Virus record (IMG/VR): IMGVR_UViG_3300031957_002603
Coordinates: 32,001 to 96,000 of that record
Reading direction: 5' to 3' (one strand)
DNA from: a virus
DNA length: 64,000 nucleotides
Below are positions 1 to 10,007 of this stretch, in pieces; the stretch's first letter is position 1, and each line of letters starts with the position of its first letter. A program made the translations under genes and the position numbers. The notes under the pieces are model-generated. The model ran no database searches. It was not told the DNA's origin and saw only the letters and a list, made by a program, of their open reading frames with translations.

Positions 1-89
1 AGGAATGGGTCTTTGGTCATCGTGCTGAGGTCAAGAAGTTAAGCCCAGCGCTTTACAATGTTTTTGAAGAATTGTTCGAGGAGGAGTAA
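1..89 (+). CDS. 3' end of upstream hypothetical gene (partial)
   Basis: Open frame from position 3 (EWVFGHRAEVKKLSPALYNVFEELFEEE*) ending in TAA 87-89, which overlaps the next ATG (TAATG). Confidence 0.6.
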   Translation, partial: EWVFGHRAEVKKLSPALYNVFEELFEEE

Positions 90-865
90 TGAAACATGTA
101 TCTTATTCAGAAATTAAAATTTGGAACGAGTGTCCATACAAGCACAAACTTATTTACATCGATGGCATCGCTGGCTTCGAGGGTAATGAGTATACATGCT
201 TCGGAACTGCTCTTCATTCTGTATGTGAGTTTGGAGTAGCCGGAGTTCTCGACAAAGAAGACTTTGGAGAGCATTTCAATGTTATCTTCGAAAATGAACT
301 TGAAGCCCTTCCTGCAAAGGTTGAGCGACGAGAGAAACTAATTGAAGCCATGCGTGGCCAAGCAGAGCCCATATATACCAAAGTTTTGGGCGAACTGAAG
401 CGCATGTTCCCTGAGTATGAGGTCCATCAAGCAGAGGAAAAACTCTTTGAACCTATCACAGAATTTACAGCAGATACATGCGAATTCAAAGGGTTTATTG
501 ACCTCGTTATCAAGACCCCAGACGGCAAGTATCATATCATTGACTGGAAGACTTGCTCTTGGGGCTGGGATCAACAAAAGAAGTCTGATCGTATGACGAC
601 TTATCAATTGACTCTTTATAAGAAGTTCTGGTGCCAGAAACACAATGTCGATCCTTCAATGGTTGAGACTTACTTTGGTCTTCTCAAGCGTACCGCAAAG
701 GACAAGAACGTTGAGATCTTCCGTGTGACCTCTGGTCCTCGCAAAACCCAAAATGCAACCGACTTTCTCATCAAAGCAGTAACGGCAATTCACCGAGGAA
801 TCAAAATTAAAAATCGCATGTCTTGTCGTTATTGCGAATTCAACAAAACAGAAAATTGTCATTAA
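89..865 (+). CDS. PD-(D/E)XK (RecB/Cas4-like) nuclease with probable Fe-S cluster
   Basis: SYSEIKIWNECPYK N-terminus, GFIDL, IIDWKT and QLTLY motifs, C-terminal CRYC-x7-C; GAGGAG SD. Confidence 0.85.
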   Translation: MKHVSYSEIKIWNECPYKHKLIYIDGIAGFEGNEYTCFGTALHSVCEFGVAGVLDKEDFGEHFNVIFENELEALPAKVERREKLIEAMRGQAEPIYTKVLGELKRMFPEYEVHQAEEKLFEPITEFTADTCEFKGFIDLVIKTPDGKYHIIDWKTCSWGWDQQKKSDRMTTYQLTLYKKFWCQKHNVDPSMVETYFGLLKRTAKDKNVEIFRVTSGPRKTQNATDFLIKAVTAIHRGIKIKNRMSCRYCEFNKTENCH

Positions 866-888
866 TTTAAAAAAAATAAAAAAAATAC

Positions 889-917
889 TTGACAAGTATA
901 CTTAACCGTGTTATAAT
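889..917 (+). promoter_or_regulatory. sigma70-type promoter of glycan cluster with A-tract UP element
   Basis: TTGACA 889-894, 17-nt spacer, TG-n-TATAAT 912-917; A-tract upstream. Confidence 0.85.
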
Positions 918-936
918 ATAAGTAAAAAGGATAAGT

Positions 937-2202
937 ATGTCTAAAAAAATTAAAGTTTTGACTATTTCCGATCACCCTTTATCTCCATCGGGGGTCGGTA
1001 CGCAAACCAAATATGTTTGTAAGGCTCTTCTTGAGAGCGGCAAATTCGAAATAATTTCTCTTGGTGGTGCAATTAAGCACCAAGATTATAGGACAATGAA
1101 AGTTGACCCTTATGGCGACGAATGGCGGATCATTCCTGTTGACGGTTATGGAACACAGGAAATGATCCGTTCTATTTTGAGAACAGAAAAACCTGATATT
1201 CTTTGGTTTATGACCGATCCCCGCTTTTATGCGTGGCTATGGGATATGGAAAATGAAATTAGACCACTTATTCCAATGGTGTATTATCATGTTTGGGACA
1301 ATTTCCCTGCTCCTCACTTTAATAGAAAGTTTTATCTGTCAAATGATAGAATTTGTGCAATTTCTAAATTGACAAGAGATATTGTTGCTGAGGTCGCACC
1401 TGAAGTTCAACTAGATTATGTCCCTCATGCTGTTGATTCAGATATATTCCGACCCCTTACAGATGAACAGATAATGAATATCAAAAAAGATTCATTAGAT
1501 AAAGCAGATTTAAATAAAGTTATTTTCTTTTGGAATAACAGAAATGCAAGAAGAAAACAATCAGGTTCACTAATTTTCTGGTTTAAAAAGTTTCTTGATA
1601 AAGTGGGGCACGATAAAGCACAACTAATCATGCATACAAATCCAAAAGATCCTCACGGACAAGATTTGGTTCATATTGTAGGACATCTTGGCCTTGATAC
1701 ACAAAATCAAGTTTTATTTTCTACTAACAAAGTAGATCAGGTTAACCTCGCAGCATTGTATAATATGGTTGATTGCACGATCAACATTTCCGATGCTGAA
1801 GGTTTTGGTCTTGCGACCCTTGAATCGATGTCGTGCGGAACTCCAGTCATAGCGAATATGACCGGAGGCTTACAAGAACAAGTTGTATTGGGCAGTGATG
1901 CAACAGGGATTCCTTTGATCCCGGAGTCAAAGGCGGTGATTGGGTCGCAAGACGTTCCCTATATTTATGAGGATCGATTAAGTGAAGCACAGGTTGTTTC
2001 CGCTCTTGAAAAGATGTATCATATGGGTGCTGAAGAAAGAACCAGATTGGGACAAAATGGTCGGAAACATGTTATGAAAAATTATAACTTTGAGACATTC
2101 AATAAACAATGGGTTGATATCATGACCGAGGTTTATGAACAACATGGGTCTTGGGATGAAAGAACCAATTATCAAGGTATTCGCTTCTTGGAGGTAGCGT
2201 GA
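937..2202 (+). CDS. GT-B glycosyltransferase (GT4 family)
   Basis: SGVGTQ N-terminal loop, NRNARRKQ, EGFGLATLESMSCGTPVI (ExFG-x4-E) motif. Confidence 0.9.
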   Translation: MSKKIKVLTISDHPLSPSGVGTQTKYVCKALLESGKFEIISLGGAIKHQDYRTMKVDPYGDEWRIIPVDGYGTQEMIRSILRTEKPDILWFMTDPRFYAWLWDMENEIRPLIPMVYYHVWDNFPAPHFNRKFYLSNDRICAISKLTRDIVAEVAPEVQLDYVPHAVDSDIFRPLTDEQIMNIKKDSLDKADLNKVIFFWNNRNARRKQSGSLIFWFKKFLDKVGHDKAQLIMHTNPKDPHGQDLVHIVGHLGLDTQNQVLFSTNKVDQVNLAALYNMVDCTINISDAEGFGLATLESMSCGTPVIANMTGGLQEQVVLGSDATGIPLIPESKAVIGSQDVPYIYEDRLSEAQVVSALEKMYHMGAEERTRLGQNGRKHVMKNYNFETFNKQWVDIMTEVYEQHGSWDERTNYQGIRFLEVA

Positions 2203-3446
2203 AAAAGAAAATCTTTGTAAGAGCCCCTATGCTCTCTCAATCAGGATACGGCGAACAATCAAGATTCGCCCTTCGTGCTCTCAAGAGCCGAGAAGATTTA
2301 TTTGATATATATTTACAACCTATTCCATGGGGAAAAACTGGCTGGATTTGGGAAACATCTGATTTTAGAGATTGGATGGATGAAAAGATTGCTAAAACGC
2401 AAGCCCTTATTCAAGCGAAGCAATTCCAGCCAGACATGTCATTGCAAATTACAATTCCAAATGAATTCAAAAAAATTTGTAACGTTAATATTGGATATAC
2501 TGCTGGAATTGAAACAGATAGAGTTGATCCTGCGTGGCTGCAAAAAGGCAATGAAGAAGTAAACAAGATTCTTGTTGTATCACAACATGCAAAAGATACT
2601 TATGTAAATACTTCTGCTCAAGCGAAAAATAACCAAACCGGAGAGGTTATTGATTATAAATTACAGACTCCTGTTGAGGTTGTATGGGAAAGCACTCCGA
2701 GAGCAGAAGCAGAGGCTATCGAGGGCTTTGATCTTCCTTATGATTTCAATTTCTTAATGGTCTCACAGATCTCTCCTCGCAAGAACTTTGCTAATGCCCT
2801 CAAGTGGTGGGTAGAAGAATTTATTGATCAAGAGGTCGGACTTCTTATTAAGTCAAACATTAAGTGTAATTCTGAAATGGATTTTGAAGTATTTCACAAA
2901 AGTGTTAAAAATATACTCTCCACATATCCAGAGCGTAAATGTAAAGTTCACCTTCTTCATGGAGATCTTACAGCAGGACAAATGACTGGCTTATATACTC
3001 ATCCAAAAATTAAAGCAATTGTTAACATTGCACATGGCGAAGGATTTGGTCTACCACTCTTTGAAGCAGCAAGAGAAGGTCTGCCTGTTGTTAGTATTGG
3101 CTGGTCTGGACAACTAGATTTTCTTACCCATGAAGATGAAGATTATTATCAAAAAGTTGATTTTAATTTGCAACAAGTTCAACCAGAAGTTGTTTGGAAT
3201 GGAGTTATTAGACAAGATTCGCAATGGGCCTATGCTGATCAAGGGTCATACAAGATGACTCTTCGCAAGACCCACAAGACTTGGCATAAAGCAAAAGAAA
3301 CAGCGGAGAAACTGAAAAGAATTAATGAAGAACGTTTTGCTGATTCTAATCTTTATAAACTATTTGTTGATTCAGTTCTAGGTTTTGATAGTGGGCTTAT
3401 TCCTATTGCAGAAGAACAAGAACCTGAAGTAATGGAGTTTGATTAG
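2199..3446 (+). CDS. GT-B glycosyltransferase (GT4-like)
   Basis: SGYG N-terminal motif, PRKN, HGEGFGLPLFEAA; GTG start overlapping previous stop. Confidence 0.85.
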   Translation: MKKKIFVRAPMLSQSGYGEQSRFALRALKSREDLFDIYLQPIPWGKTGWIWETSDFRDWMDEKIAKTQALIQAKQFQPDMSLQITIPNEFKKICNVNIGYTAGIETDRVDPAWLQKGNEEVNKILVVSQHAKDTYVNTSAQAKNNQTGEVIDYKLQTPVEVVWESTPRAEAEAIEGFDLPYDFNFLMVSQISPRKNFANALKWWVEEFIDQEVGLLIKSNIKCNSEMDFEVFHKSVKNILSTYPERKCKVHLLHGDLTAGQMTGLYTHPKIKAIVNIAHGEGFGLPLFEAAREGLPVVSIGWSGQLDFLTHEDEDYYQKVDFNLQQVQPEVVWNGVIRQDSQWAYADQGSYKMTLRKTHKTWHKAKETAEKLKRINEERFADSNLYKLFVDSVLGFDSGLIPIAEEQEPEVMEFD

Positions 3447-5062
3447 TGGATAAAATATTATTTGTTTCTGATTTCTTTTCGAATGAAGTTAATGGAGGAG
3501 CGGAGATCTATGACTCTGTCTTAATAGAAGAACTAAAGAAAAGAAATATTAAAGTTGCAAAGTTTAAAAGTCAAGAATTTAATGAGAAGCACATCAACCT
3601 GTACGGTAAGATGGGCTTCATTTTTCTTATATCAAACTTTGTTGGGCTTCAATCAAGAGTCAAGAAGTTCTTGCAATTACCACAGTACAGATATTATATC
3701 CTTGAACACGATCACAAGTATCTTAAGAATAGAAATCCTGCTCTGTTTACGAACTTTACTGCACCGCAGCCCGAGATTGCAAATAAAGAATTTTATGCAT
3801 CTGCAAACGCTGTCTTTTGTCAGTCAGTGAAACACGCCGAGGTCTTGAAAACAAATCTAAAAATAGATAACGTTATCAACCTCGGTTGTTCTTTATGGTC
3901 TCGAGAACAACTTGATTTAATCAAATCTAAAATCACAGAGAAAAATAACAAAGCATTCATATCTGGTGATCCTAATCCTATTAAAGGACTTAATGAGGCG
4001 GTCTCATACTGCAAGAAGAAAGGGGTCGACTACGATGTAATTAATAAATGTGATTATGATACATTTATAACAACTCTCGCACAATACGAAAAGTTTGTAT
4101 TCTTTCCAAAAACATTGGAAAGTTTTTGTCGTGTTATTCTCGAAGCAAGAATGCTTGGTTGCAAATTGTTGACCAACAATCTGAACGGTTGTACATACGA
4201 ACCTTGGTTCAAAGAATATAAGGGCGAAAACCTTATAGAATTTGTTGATAATCAAAGAGATTTGGTTGTCTCGAAGATTATTGATACTATGAGCCATGTC
4301 GAAGAAGTAGAACAAAAAGAAGGCGATATTACGGTAATTTTGAACTGTTATAGACGCCCTTATAATCTTGAGATGCAAATCGAGGCTTTACGAAATCAAT
4401 CTGTAAAACCTGCGCAAATATGGCTGTGGATTAATCATCACGAGGATAATAAAGATTTTGATCCATCTGGTCTTGATGTTGATAGAGTATTTAAGAACGA
4501 CTTTAACTGGAAGTTCTACGGCAGATTTGCTGCTGCGCTTCTGGCTGACACTGAATATGTTGCAATCTATGATGATGATACCATACCCGGATCAAAGTGG
4601 CACGAAAATTGCCTGAATACAATGAAGACTCATGAAGGCATTCTTGGCTCTGCTGGTATCCTTCTAAACGGATCTAGATATGTTCAACATGATCGTTGCG
4701 GATGGCCCACTCAAAACAGAGAAACAACTGAGGTTGACCTTGTTGGTCATGCTTGGTTTTTCAGAAGAGAGTGGTTAAGATACTTGTGGCAAGAGAAACC
4801 AACAACTTGGGACAACGGAGAGGACATACAATTTGCTTTCATGGCAAAGATTCATGGTGGCATACCAACATATTGTCCTCCGCATCCACCTGAAGATAGA
4901 GAACTGCATGGATCTATTCTGGGCAATGAACTTGGAATTGACTCAAAGGCTACTTCAACAAATAGTGCTGTGTCTCATCATCAGTTTTTTAGCGAGCGCG
5001 ATCTATGCGTTCAGACTGGTCTCCAAAAAGGCTGGAATACTGTTCGAGGAGTTAAACTGTGA
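3446..5062 (+). CDS. Two-domain glycosyltransferase (N-terminal GT-B-like + C-terminal GT-A/GT2-like)
   Basis: N half: GGAE...ESFCRVILEARMLGC; C half: ITVILNCYRRP...YDDDTIPG (DxD), GEDI. Confidence 0.75.
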   Translation: MDKILFVSDFFSNEVNGGAEIYDSVLIEELKKRNIKVAKFKSQEFNEKHINLYGKMGFIFLISNFVGLQSRVKKFLQLPQYRYYILEHDHKYLKNRNPALFTNFTAPQPEIANKEFYASANAVFCQSVKHAEVLKTNLKIDNVINLGCSLWSREQLDLIKSKITEKNNKAFISGDPNPIKGLNEAVSYCKKKGVDYDVINKCDYDTFITTLAQYEKFVFFPKTLESFCRVILEARMLGCKLLTNNLNGCTYEPWFKEYKGENLIEFVDNQRDLVVSKIIDTMSHVEEVEQKEGDITVILNCYRRPYNLEMQIEALRNQSVKPAQIWLWINHHEDNKDFDPSGLDVDRVFKNDFNWKFYGRFAAALLADTEYVAIYDDDTIPGSKWHENCLNTMKTHEGILGSAGILLNGSRYVQHDRCGWPTQNRETTEVDLVGHAWFFRREWLRYLWQEKPTTWDNGEDIQFAFMAKIHGGIPTYCPPHPPEDRELHGSILGNELGIDSKATSTNSAVSHHQFFSERDLCVQTGLQKGWNTVRGVKL

Positions 5063-6051
5063 TTCTAATATGTTTTGGTACAAGGCCTGAGTGGATTAAA
5101 ATTAAGCCTGTTGTTGACGCTATTAGGGGTGAGATCCCATATAAACTGCTCTTTACGGGACAACATCTAGATATTCTAGATAAAGTAAATGAGCCTGTAA
5201 CAACATTGCAAATTTTTGACGGCCCAAACCGCTTAGATTCTATTATTCAAAGTATGATGAATAGAGAAAATGTTTTTGATGGCATTACATCTGTATTGGT
5301 ACAGGGCGACACAACATCTGTTTTTGCTATGGCCCTCGCAGCGTTTCACAGAGGAATCAAGATTATCCATCTTGAAGCCGGCTTGAGAACATACAACAAG
5401 AATCATCCTTACCCGGAAGAATTCAATCGACGATCTGTTTCTTGTATGGCTGATATTCATTTTTGCCCAACACAGAAAGCCGTCGATGCTCTACACGCCG
5501 AGAACATAAAAGAAAATGTTTTTCTTGTCGGAAATACTGTTTTAGACAATCTATCGGGAATTGATACACAGTATGGTGATGAAGTTATCATTACATTGCA
5601 TAGAAGAGAGAATCATCACATTATGGATGAATGGTTTAAGGTATTAAATCTTCTTGCCAAGAATTATCCCGAATATAAATTTACAATCCCTCTACATCCT
5701 AATCCAGCAGTTCAAAAACATAGACATCTATTGACTCACGTAAATGTTGTGGATCCAATTCCATATGATGATTTTATTTTGAGACTGGCAAATGCAAAGT
5801 TGGTTATTACAGACTCCGGTGGTATTCAGGAAGAAACTTCATTTTTTGGTAAGAAGTGCATTGTTTGTCGAGAACACACCGAAAGGTCAGAAGGCCTCAA
5901 TACATTTTCATTCTTAACATCGCCTGATAAGATTGAAGTTCTGTTTCATGAAATACAAAAATATCCCATTCCTTACGGTGATTGTCCTTATGGCGATGGC
6001 ATGGCATCATACAAGATTCTTGATATTCTAAAAGGTTTTTATAATGTTTAA
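5059..6051 (+). CDS. wecB: UDP-N-acetylglucosamine 2-epimerase (non-hydrolysing)
   Basis: FGTRPE, TGQH, VQGDT, HLEAGLRT, PEEFNR, TLHRREN, TDSGGIQEE, PYGDG motifs. Confidence 0.95.
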   Translation: MILICFGTRPEWIKIKPVVDAIRGEIPYKLLFTGQHLDILDKVNEPVTTLQIFDGPNRLDSIIQSMMNRENVFDGITSVLVQGDTTSVFAMALAAFHRGIKIIHLEAGLRTYNKNHPYPEEFNRRSVSCMADIHFCPTQKAVDALHAENIKENVFLVGNTVLDNLSGIDTQYGDEVIITLHRRENHHIMDEWFKVLNLLAKNYPEYKFTIPLHPNPAVQKHRHLLTHVNVVDPIPYDDFILRLANAKLVITDSGGIQEETSFFGKKCIVCREHTERSEGLNTFSFLTSPDKIEVLFHEIQKYPIPYGDCPYGDGMASYKILDILKGFYNV

Positions 6052-6841
6052 AGATTTTCACAAAGATTTTAATGAACTGTTGAGGATGCTAAAAGAGGGC
6101 GAAAACTTTGCTTTTACGCGATTCTCTGACGGAGAGTTATTTATTTTGCAAAATAAAACATTAGTTTTAGCAGACAATCATTATATTACTGGAGATATCA
6201 AAGGTAGAAATATCTATACTAAAGAAGAGCATAAGCATTTTTACCCCGAGCAGCATGCATTTTATAGGGAAAAATTAATTGAAACATACCTTCACAATCA
6301 AGACAATTATTTTAAAGGCATTTGTACATCGACAGACGGTCATGTTGGAAAAGAAAATTTTGATTGGATGATTGATTTTCATGGCGGGGATCATAATAAT
6401 CTTACATTTGCAAACTTGCTTATCAATGCAAATTATAAACACTTTATAGAAAAGATTGTACCTCTTTTGCAAGACCGCCGAGTGTTATATATTGTCAACG
6501 AAAACGCAATCGTTGAAAACTTGCCGTTTACTGTTGAAAAGTCGTTCATAATCGGATCAAATTGTATGATAAATGACTATAATACATCTGAGGTCGTTAA
6601 AGAATATATTGCTAAAAACTCTATTAATAATGCAATTGTTTTGTGCTCTGCTGCATCGCTTTCGAATTATGTAATTTATGAGGCCTTCAAGGACAATAAT
6701 AATAATACTTTTCTTGATATTGGATCTTGCCTAAATCCTTTGCTTGGCTTGGAAGGTTGGAAACATACAAGAGGTTATTTAACATCATATTGGATGAACT
6801 CTAGAAATCCTTTCGGGAATCAGGTGGATATATGGTCTTAA
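6044..6841 (+). CDS. Putative GT-D-fold (DUF1792-like) glycosyltransferase
   Basis: FTRFSDGE and FLDIGS motifs typical of GT-D-fold proteins; cluster context. Confidence 0.6.
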   Translation: MFKDFHKDFNELLRMLKEGENFAFTRFSDGELFILQNKTLVLADNHYITGDIKGRNIYTKEEHKHFYPEQHAFYREKLIETYLHNQDNYFKGICTSTDGHVGKENFDWMIDFHGGDHNNLTFANLLINANYKHFIEKIVPLLQDRRVLYIVNENAIVENLPFTVEKSFIIGSNCMINDYNTSEVVKEYIAKNSINNAIVLCSAASLSNYVIYEAFKDNNNNTFLDIGSCLNPLLGLEGWKHTRGYLTSYWMNSRNPFGNQVDIWS

Positions 6842-7215
6842 TTAAAAACAGCAAACAATACTGGGAGTTCATAAGAGAACTTAGAAACATGGATGGTGTC
6901 CGGGAAGGATTCGTTCAACAAGAATATATTGAAAAAGAATTTCACCAAGCATATATGCAAGCGTGGGGTGATTGTTTTTTTATCTGTCTATACAAAGACG
7001 AGCCTGCTGGCTATGTTGGAATTATAAATAAAGATATTCGAGTTGCCACTCACCCTAACTTTCAAGGCAAAGGGATTGCTACTTTCATGATTAATACGAT
7101 TATGGATTATTATCCAGATTCTGAAGCCAAAGTTAAAATTGAAAATGAAGCGTCTCTTAAATTATTTGAGAAGTGTGGCTTTAAGAAAAAATATTATATT
7201 TTGGAGAAGGAATAG
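6832..7215 (+). CDS. GNAT family N-acetyltransferase
   Basis: HPNFQGKGIA (motif A) and NEASLKLFEKCGF (motif B). Confidence 0.85.
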   Translation: MVLIKNSKQYWEFIRELRNMDGVREGFVQQEYIEKEFHQAYMQAWGDCFFICLYKDEPAGYVGIINKDIRVATHPNFQGKGIATFMINTIMDYYPDSEAKVKIENEASLKLFEKCGFKKKYYILEKE

Positions 7216-8567
7216 TGACTTCTGCTAAAGACTTGAAAGATGTTGATGTTGTATTTTTTAGCGCTTTTGATCACAATGAGGGCAAAGATTCGCACGGTTT
7301 ATTTCAAATGTTTAAATTTTTTAGAAACAAGTTGGAGATAAAATCAATCTTTTTAAACACAAATAATAGTAAGTTTACTAACAATATAGATGTTTTTAAC
7401 ATATCAAAATCAGGTGGTAATCTAAAACTATCCCACCAAATTAGCCCTTCCTTTATTGATGACAATAATGCTGGTACGTGGAGAAATTTTTTTAAAAATA
7501 ATATAGATTTATTTTACAAAATGGCTTCTGATAGTGTAATAAAAGAATTGCCAAAACACAAATTTTTAGTTATAACTGATGTAAACGACATTGATCTTAA
7601 TATTCTAGAAAAAGTTGCAAATCATTTTGAATCTAAAATACTTATTATTTCTGCTGTTAATAATACATGGACTGGTTTGTGCTCTTATCCAAAAGAATAT
7701 AATTGTGAACTTTACAAAAAAGAGGCCGGATGTGATTCTAGTTGTCCGATGTTGCCTGAAAATACCAGAATAGATAAAGATGCACCAAGTTTAAGGTTTA
7801 ATAAAATAAAACGCTTTGTTAAAAACAATATAAATTCTTTGTATCTCAATGTTGGGAATTCTTTTTCTCTTCTAGAATCCAACGAGAGTTATTTATTTAA
7901 AAACGTTAAAAAAATAATGATACCTTTAAAGAATCTCGAAACTGTTGAAGAGTTTGATTCTTTATGGGATATTAAGCAAAGTAATAGAGATTACGTTTGT
8001 AGAGTGTTGAATCATAATCCACAAAAAATTATTATGTGGTCTGCATATTATCTTAATATGAAACGAAAAGGGTTTAATTATTTATTAAAATCATTAGAAA
8101 TAATAAAAAAACAATATAATTTCGATTTAGGAAATATATGCTTAATTATCTGTGCCAAACACAATAATTATCAATTTAAGTCTGAACTTGATGCATTAGG
8201 AATTAAGCATCATTATACTGGCTTACTTGATGAGGAAGAATACAACAAGTTTTTATCATCAGCCGATCTATATTGCTCTACTACGATTAGTGACGCAGGT
8301 CCTCGAACTACTTATGAGAGTGCTGCCTTGGGAACACCAATAATATCATTTGATAATTGCAATGCATCTGACTTTGTAAGCGATATTAACGGTGCCCTAA
8401 TACCAACATATGATACTGCTATATTTGCAGAAAAATTGAATTTATTATTAACTCTAGACAATCTAGAACACAAAAATATGTGCCTCAAGATGCACGAAAC
8501 ATATAAAAGTATTATGGATTCTGATAAATTAGCAAAAAAATGGAATTTGTTTTTTAAAGGTTGTTAG
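7215..8567 (+). CDS. GT-B glycosyltransferase (GT4/WcaC-like, divergent)
   Basis: WTGLCSYP-x-C..C..CP Cys cluster, KRKGF, DAGPRTTYESAALGTPII. Confidence 0.7.
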   Translation: MTSAKDLKDVDVVFFSAFDHNEGKDSHGLFQMFKFFRNKLEIKSIFLNTNNSKFTNNIDVFNISKSGGNLKLSHQISPSFIDDNNAGTWRNFFKNNIDLFYKMASDSVIKELPKHKFLVITDVNDIDLNILEKVANHFESKILIISAVNNTWTGLCSYPKEYNCELYKKEAGCDSSCPMLPENTRIDKDAPSLRFNKIKRFVKNNINSLYLNVGNSFSLLESNESYLFKNVKKIMIPLKNLETVEEFDSLWDIKQSNRDYVCRVLNHNPQKIIMWSAYYLNMKRKGFNYLLKSLEIIKKQYNFDLGNICLIICAKHNNYQFKSELDALGIKHHYTGLLDEEEYNKFLSSADLYCSTTISDAGPRTTYESAALGTPIISFDNCNASDFVSDINGALIPTYDTAIFAEKLNLLLTLDNLEHKNMCLKMHETYKSIMDSDKLAKKWNLFFKGC

Positions 8568-8572
8568 TTATA

Positions 8573-9316
8573 ATGAATTTTAATAAATTTTACAATGATG
8601 GATTTCAAATTATACCAAATGTTCTTCAATTGGACGAGTGCCATTTATTGAAAAAAAAGATACTTGAAATATATGAAAAACAAGTTAATTCTTTTGGCAT
8701 TGAAAATTTGACTTTAATTGGAGAAAACAACACAATAAGATCTCCTTTTTTATATGATTGGTGCTTTAAAGATATATTTTACAATAATTTTGTTATGAAT
8801 ATAGTTTCTTCTATATTGGGAAAACATGCCATTTTAAGTTTACAGAACGCAATTTATATTCCAAAAAATCAGGATCATCATCAATCTTTTTATCACCGTG
8901 ACATCATACATCAAGAATTTGTATCCTCAAGGCCTCTGGCAATCAATTTATATTATTGTTTAGACGACTACAATGAATTTAATGGCGGAACCAGTTTTAT
9001 TCTTGGAAGCCACAAAAAACAAAAATTAGATTTAACAGATCAACACATTGTGCCCAATGTAAAAGCAGGTTCACTTATTATTTTCGATTCTATGGTTTAT
9101 CATAAAGCAGGAATTAATACAACTGGTTTTTCTAGATGTGGTATCAATAATATGTACACTTTACCATTTATCAAACAGCAAATCAATTACCCTAACTATT
9201 TAAACAACAAGCCAAAAGATGCAAAACTGAGTAGACTTTTAGGGTTTGAAAGTAAAGAGTTTTTAAGTGTAGATGATTTTAGAAATTATCGTTTAAATAG
9301 GTTGTTAAATGAATAA
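8573..9316 (+). CDS. PhyH-family Fe(II)/2-oxoglutarate dioxygenase
   Basis: DGFQIIPNVL, YHRD (HxD), NGGTSFILGSH, GSLIIFDSMVYHKAG, R; ATG at 8573 preferred. Confidence 0.85.
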   Translation: MNFNKFYNDGFQIIPNVLQLDECHLLKKKILEIYEKQVNSFGIENLTLIGENNTIRSPFLYDWCFKDIFYNNFVMNIVSSILGKHAILSLQNAIYIPKNQDHHQSFYHRDIIHQEFVSSRPLAINLYYCLDDYNEFNGGTSFILGSHKKQKLDLTDQHIVPNVKAGSLIIFDSMVYHKAGINTTGFSRCGINNMYTLPFIKQQINYPNYLNNKPKDAKLSRLLGFESKEFLSVDDFRNYRLNRLLNE

Positions 9317-10004
9317 TAAAATAATAATTACTCAATCTAACTATGTCCCATGGAAAGGGTATTTCACCACCATGAAAAAGGCAACTCATATAATATTATA
9401 TGATAACGCTCAATATACTAGAAGAGATTGGAGAAACAGAAATAAAATTATTACTCAAAAGGGCCCAACATGGCTTACAATTCCTATTGATGTTAAGGGA
9501 AAGTTTGACCAAAAAGTCAATGAAGCAAAAGTAAAGAATAACCAATGGCCGATTGATCACTGGAATAAAATCAGAGAAAATTATAAAAAAGCGCCGTGCT
9601 TTAAACAATATTCAAAATATTTTGAGGACATTTATTTAAAACAACTTCCAAAATATGAGTACCTATCTGATATAAATCGTATTATGTTGAAAGAATGTAT
9701 TAATCTTTTAGATATAAAAATAGAAGTTCTAGATTCGCGTGACTTCGATATTCGTGGTGGTAAAACCGGTAAATTAATAAATATCTGTAAAGATTTAGAA
9801 GCAGATGAATATTTTACAGGCCCTGCCGCAAAAGGATATATGGAGGAAAGTTTATTTGATGAAAATAATATCAAATTAACTTATTATGATTTAGAAAATT
9901 TTCCCGAGTACAAGCAAATGTGGAAAGGCTTCAGTCATCACGTCAGTATTTTAGATATGTTTTTTAATCTAGGTGACGAAACAAATAAATATTTTAATTG
10001 GTGA
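9309..10004 (+). CDS. wbqC: WbqC-family protein (putative glycyl/aminoacyl transferase for sugar tailoring)
   Basis: QSNYVPWKGYF, DNAQY..RDWRNRNKI, WLTIP, YFTGPAAKGY, SILDMFFNLG. Confidence 0.9.
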   Translation: MNNKIIITQSNYVPWKGYFTTMKKATHIILYDNAQYTRRDWRNRNKIITQKGPTWLTIPIDVKGKFDQKVNEAKVKNNQWPIDHWNKIRENYKKAPCFKQYSKYFEDIYLKQLPKYEYLSDINRIMLKECINLLDIKIEVLDSRDFDIRGGKTGKLINICKDLEADEYFTGPAAKGYMEESLFDENNIKLTYYDLENFPEYKQMWKGFSHHVSILDMFFNLGDETNKYFNW

Positions 10005-10007
10005 TTT

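Noticed and set aside
89-865. Cas4-like gene as sign of a CRISPR-Cas locus
   Set aside because: No repeat-spacer array or other cas genes seen; solo Cas4-like nucleases are common in phages.
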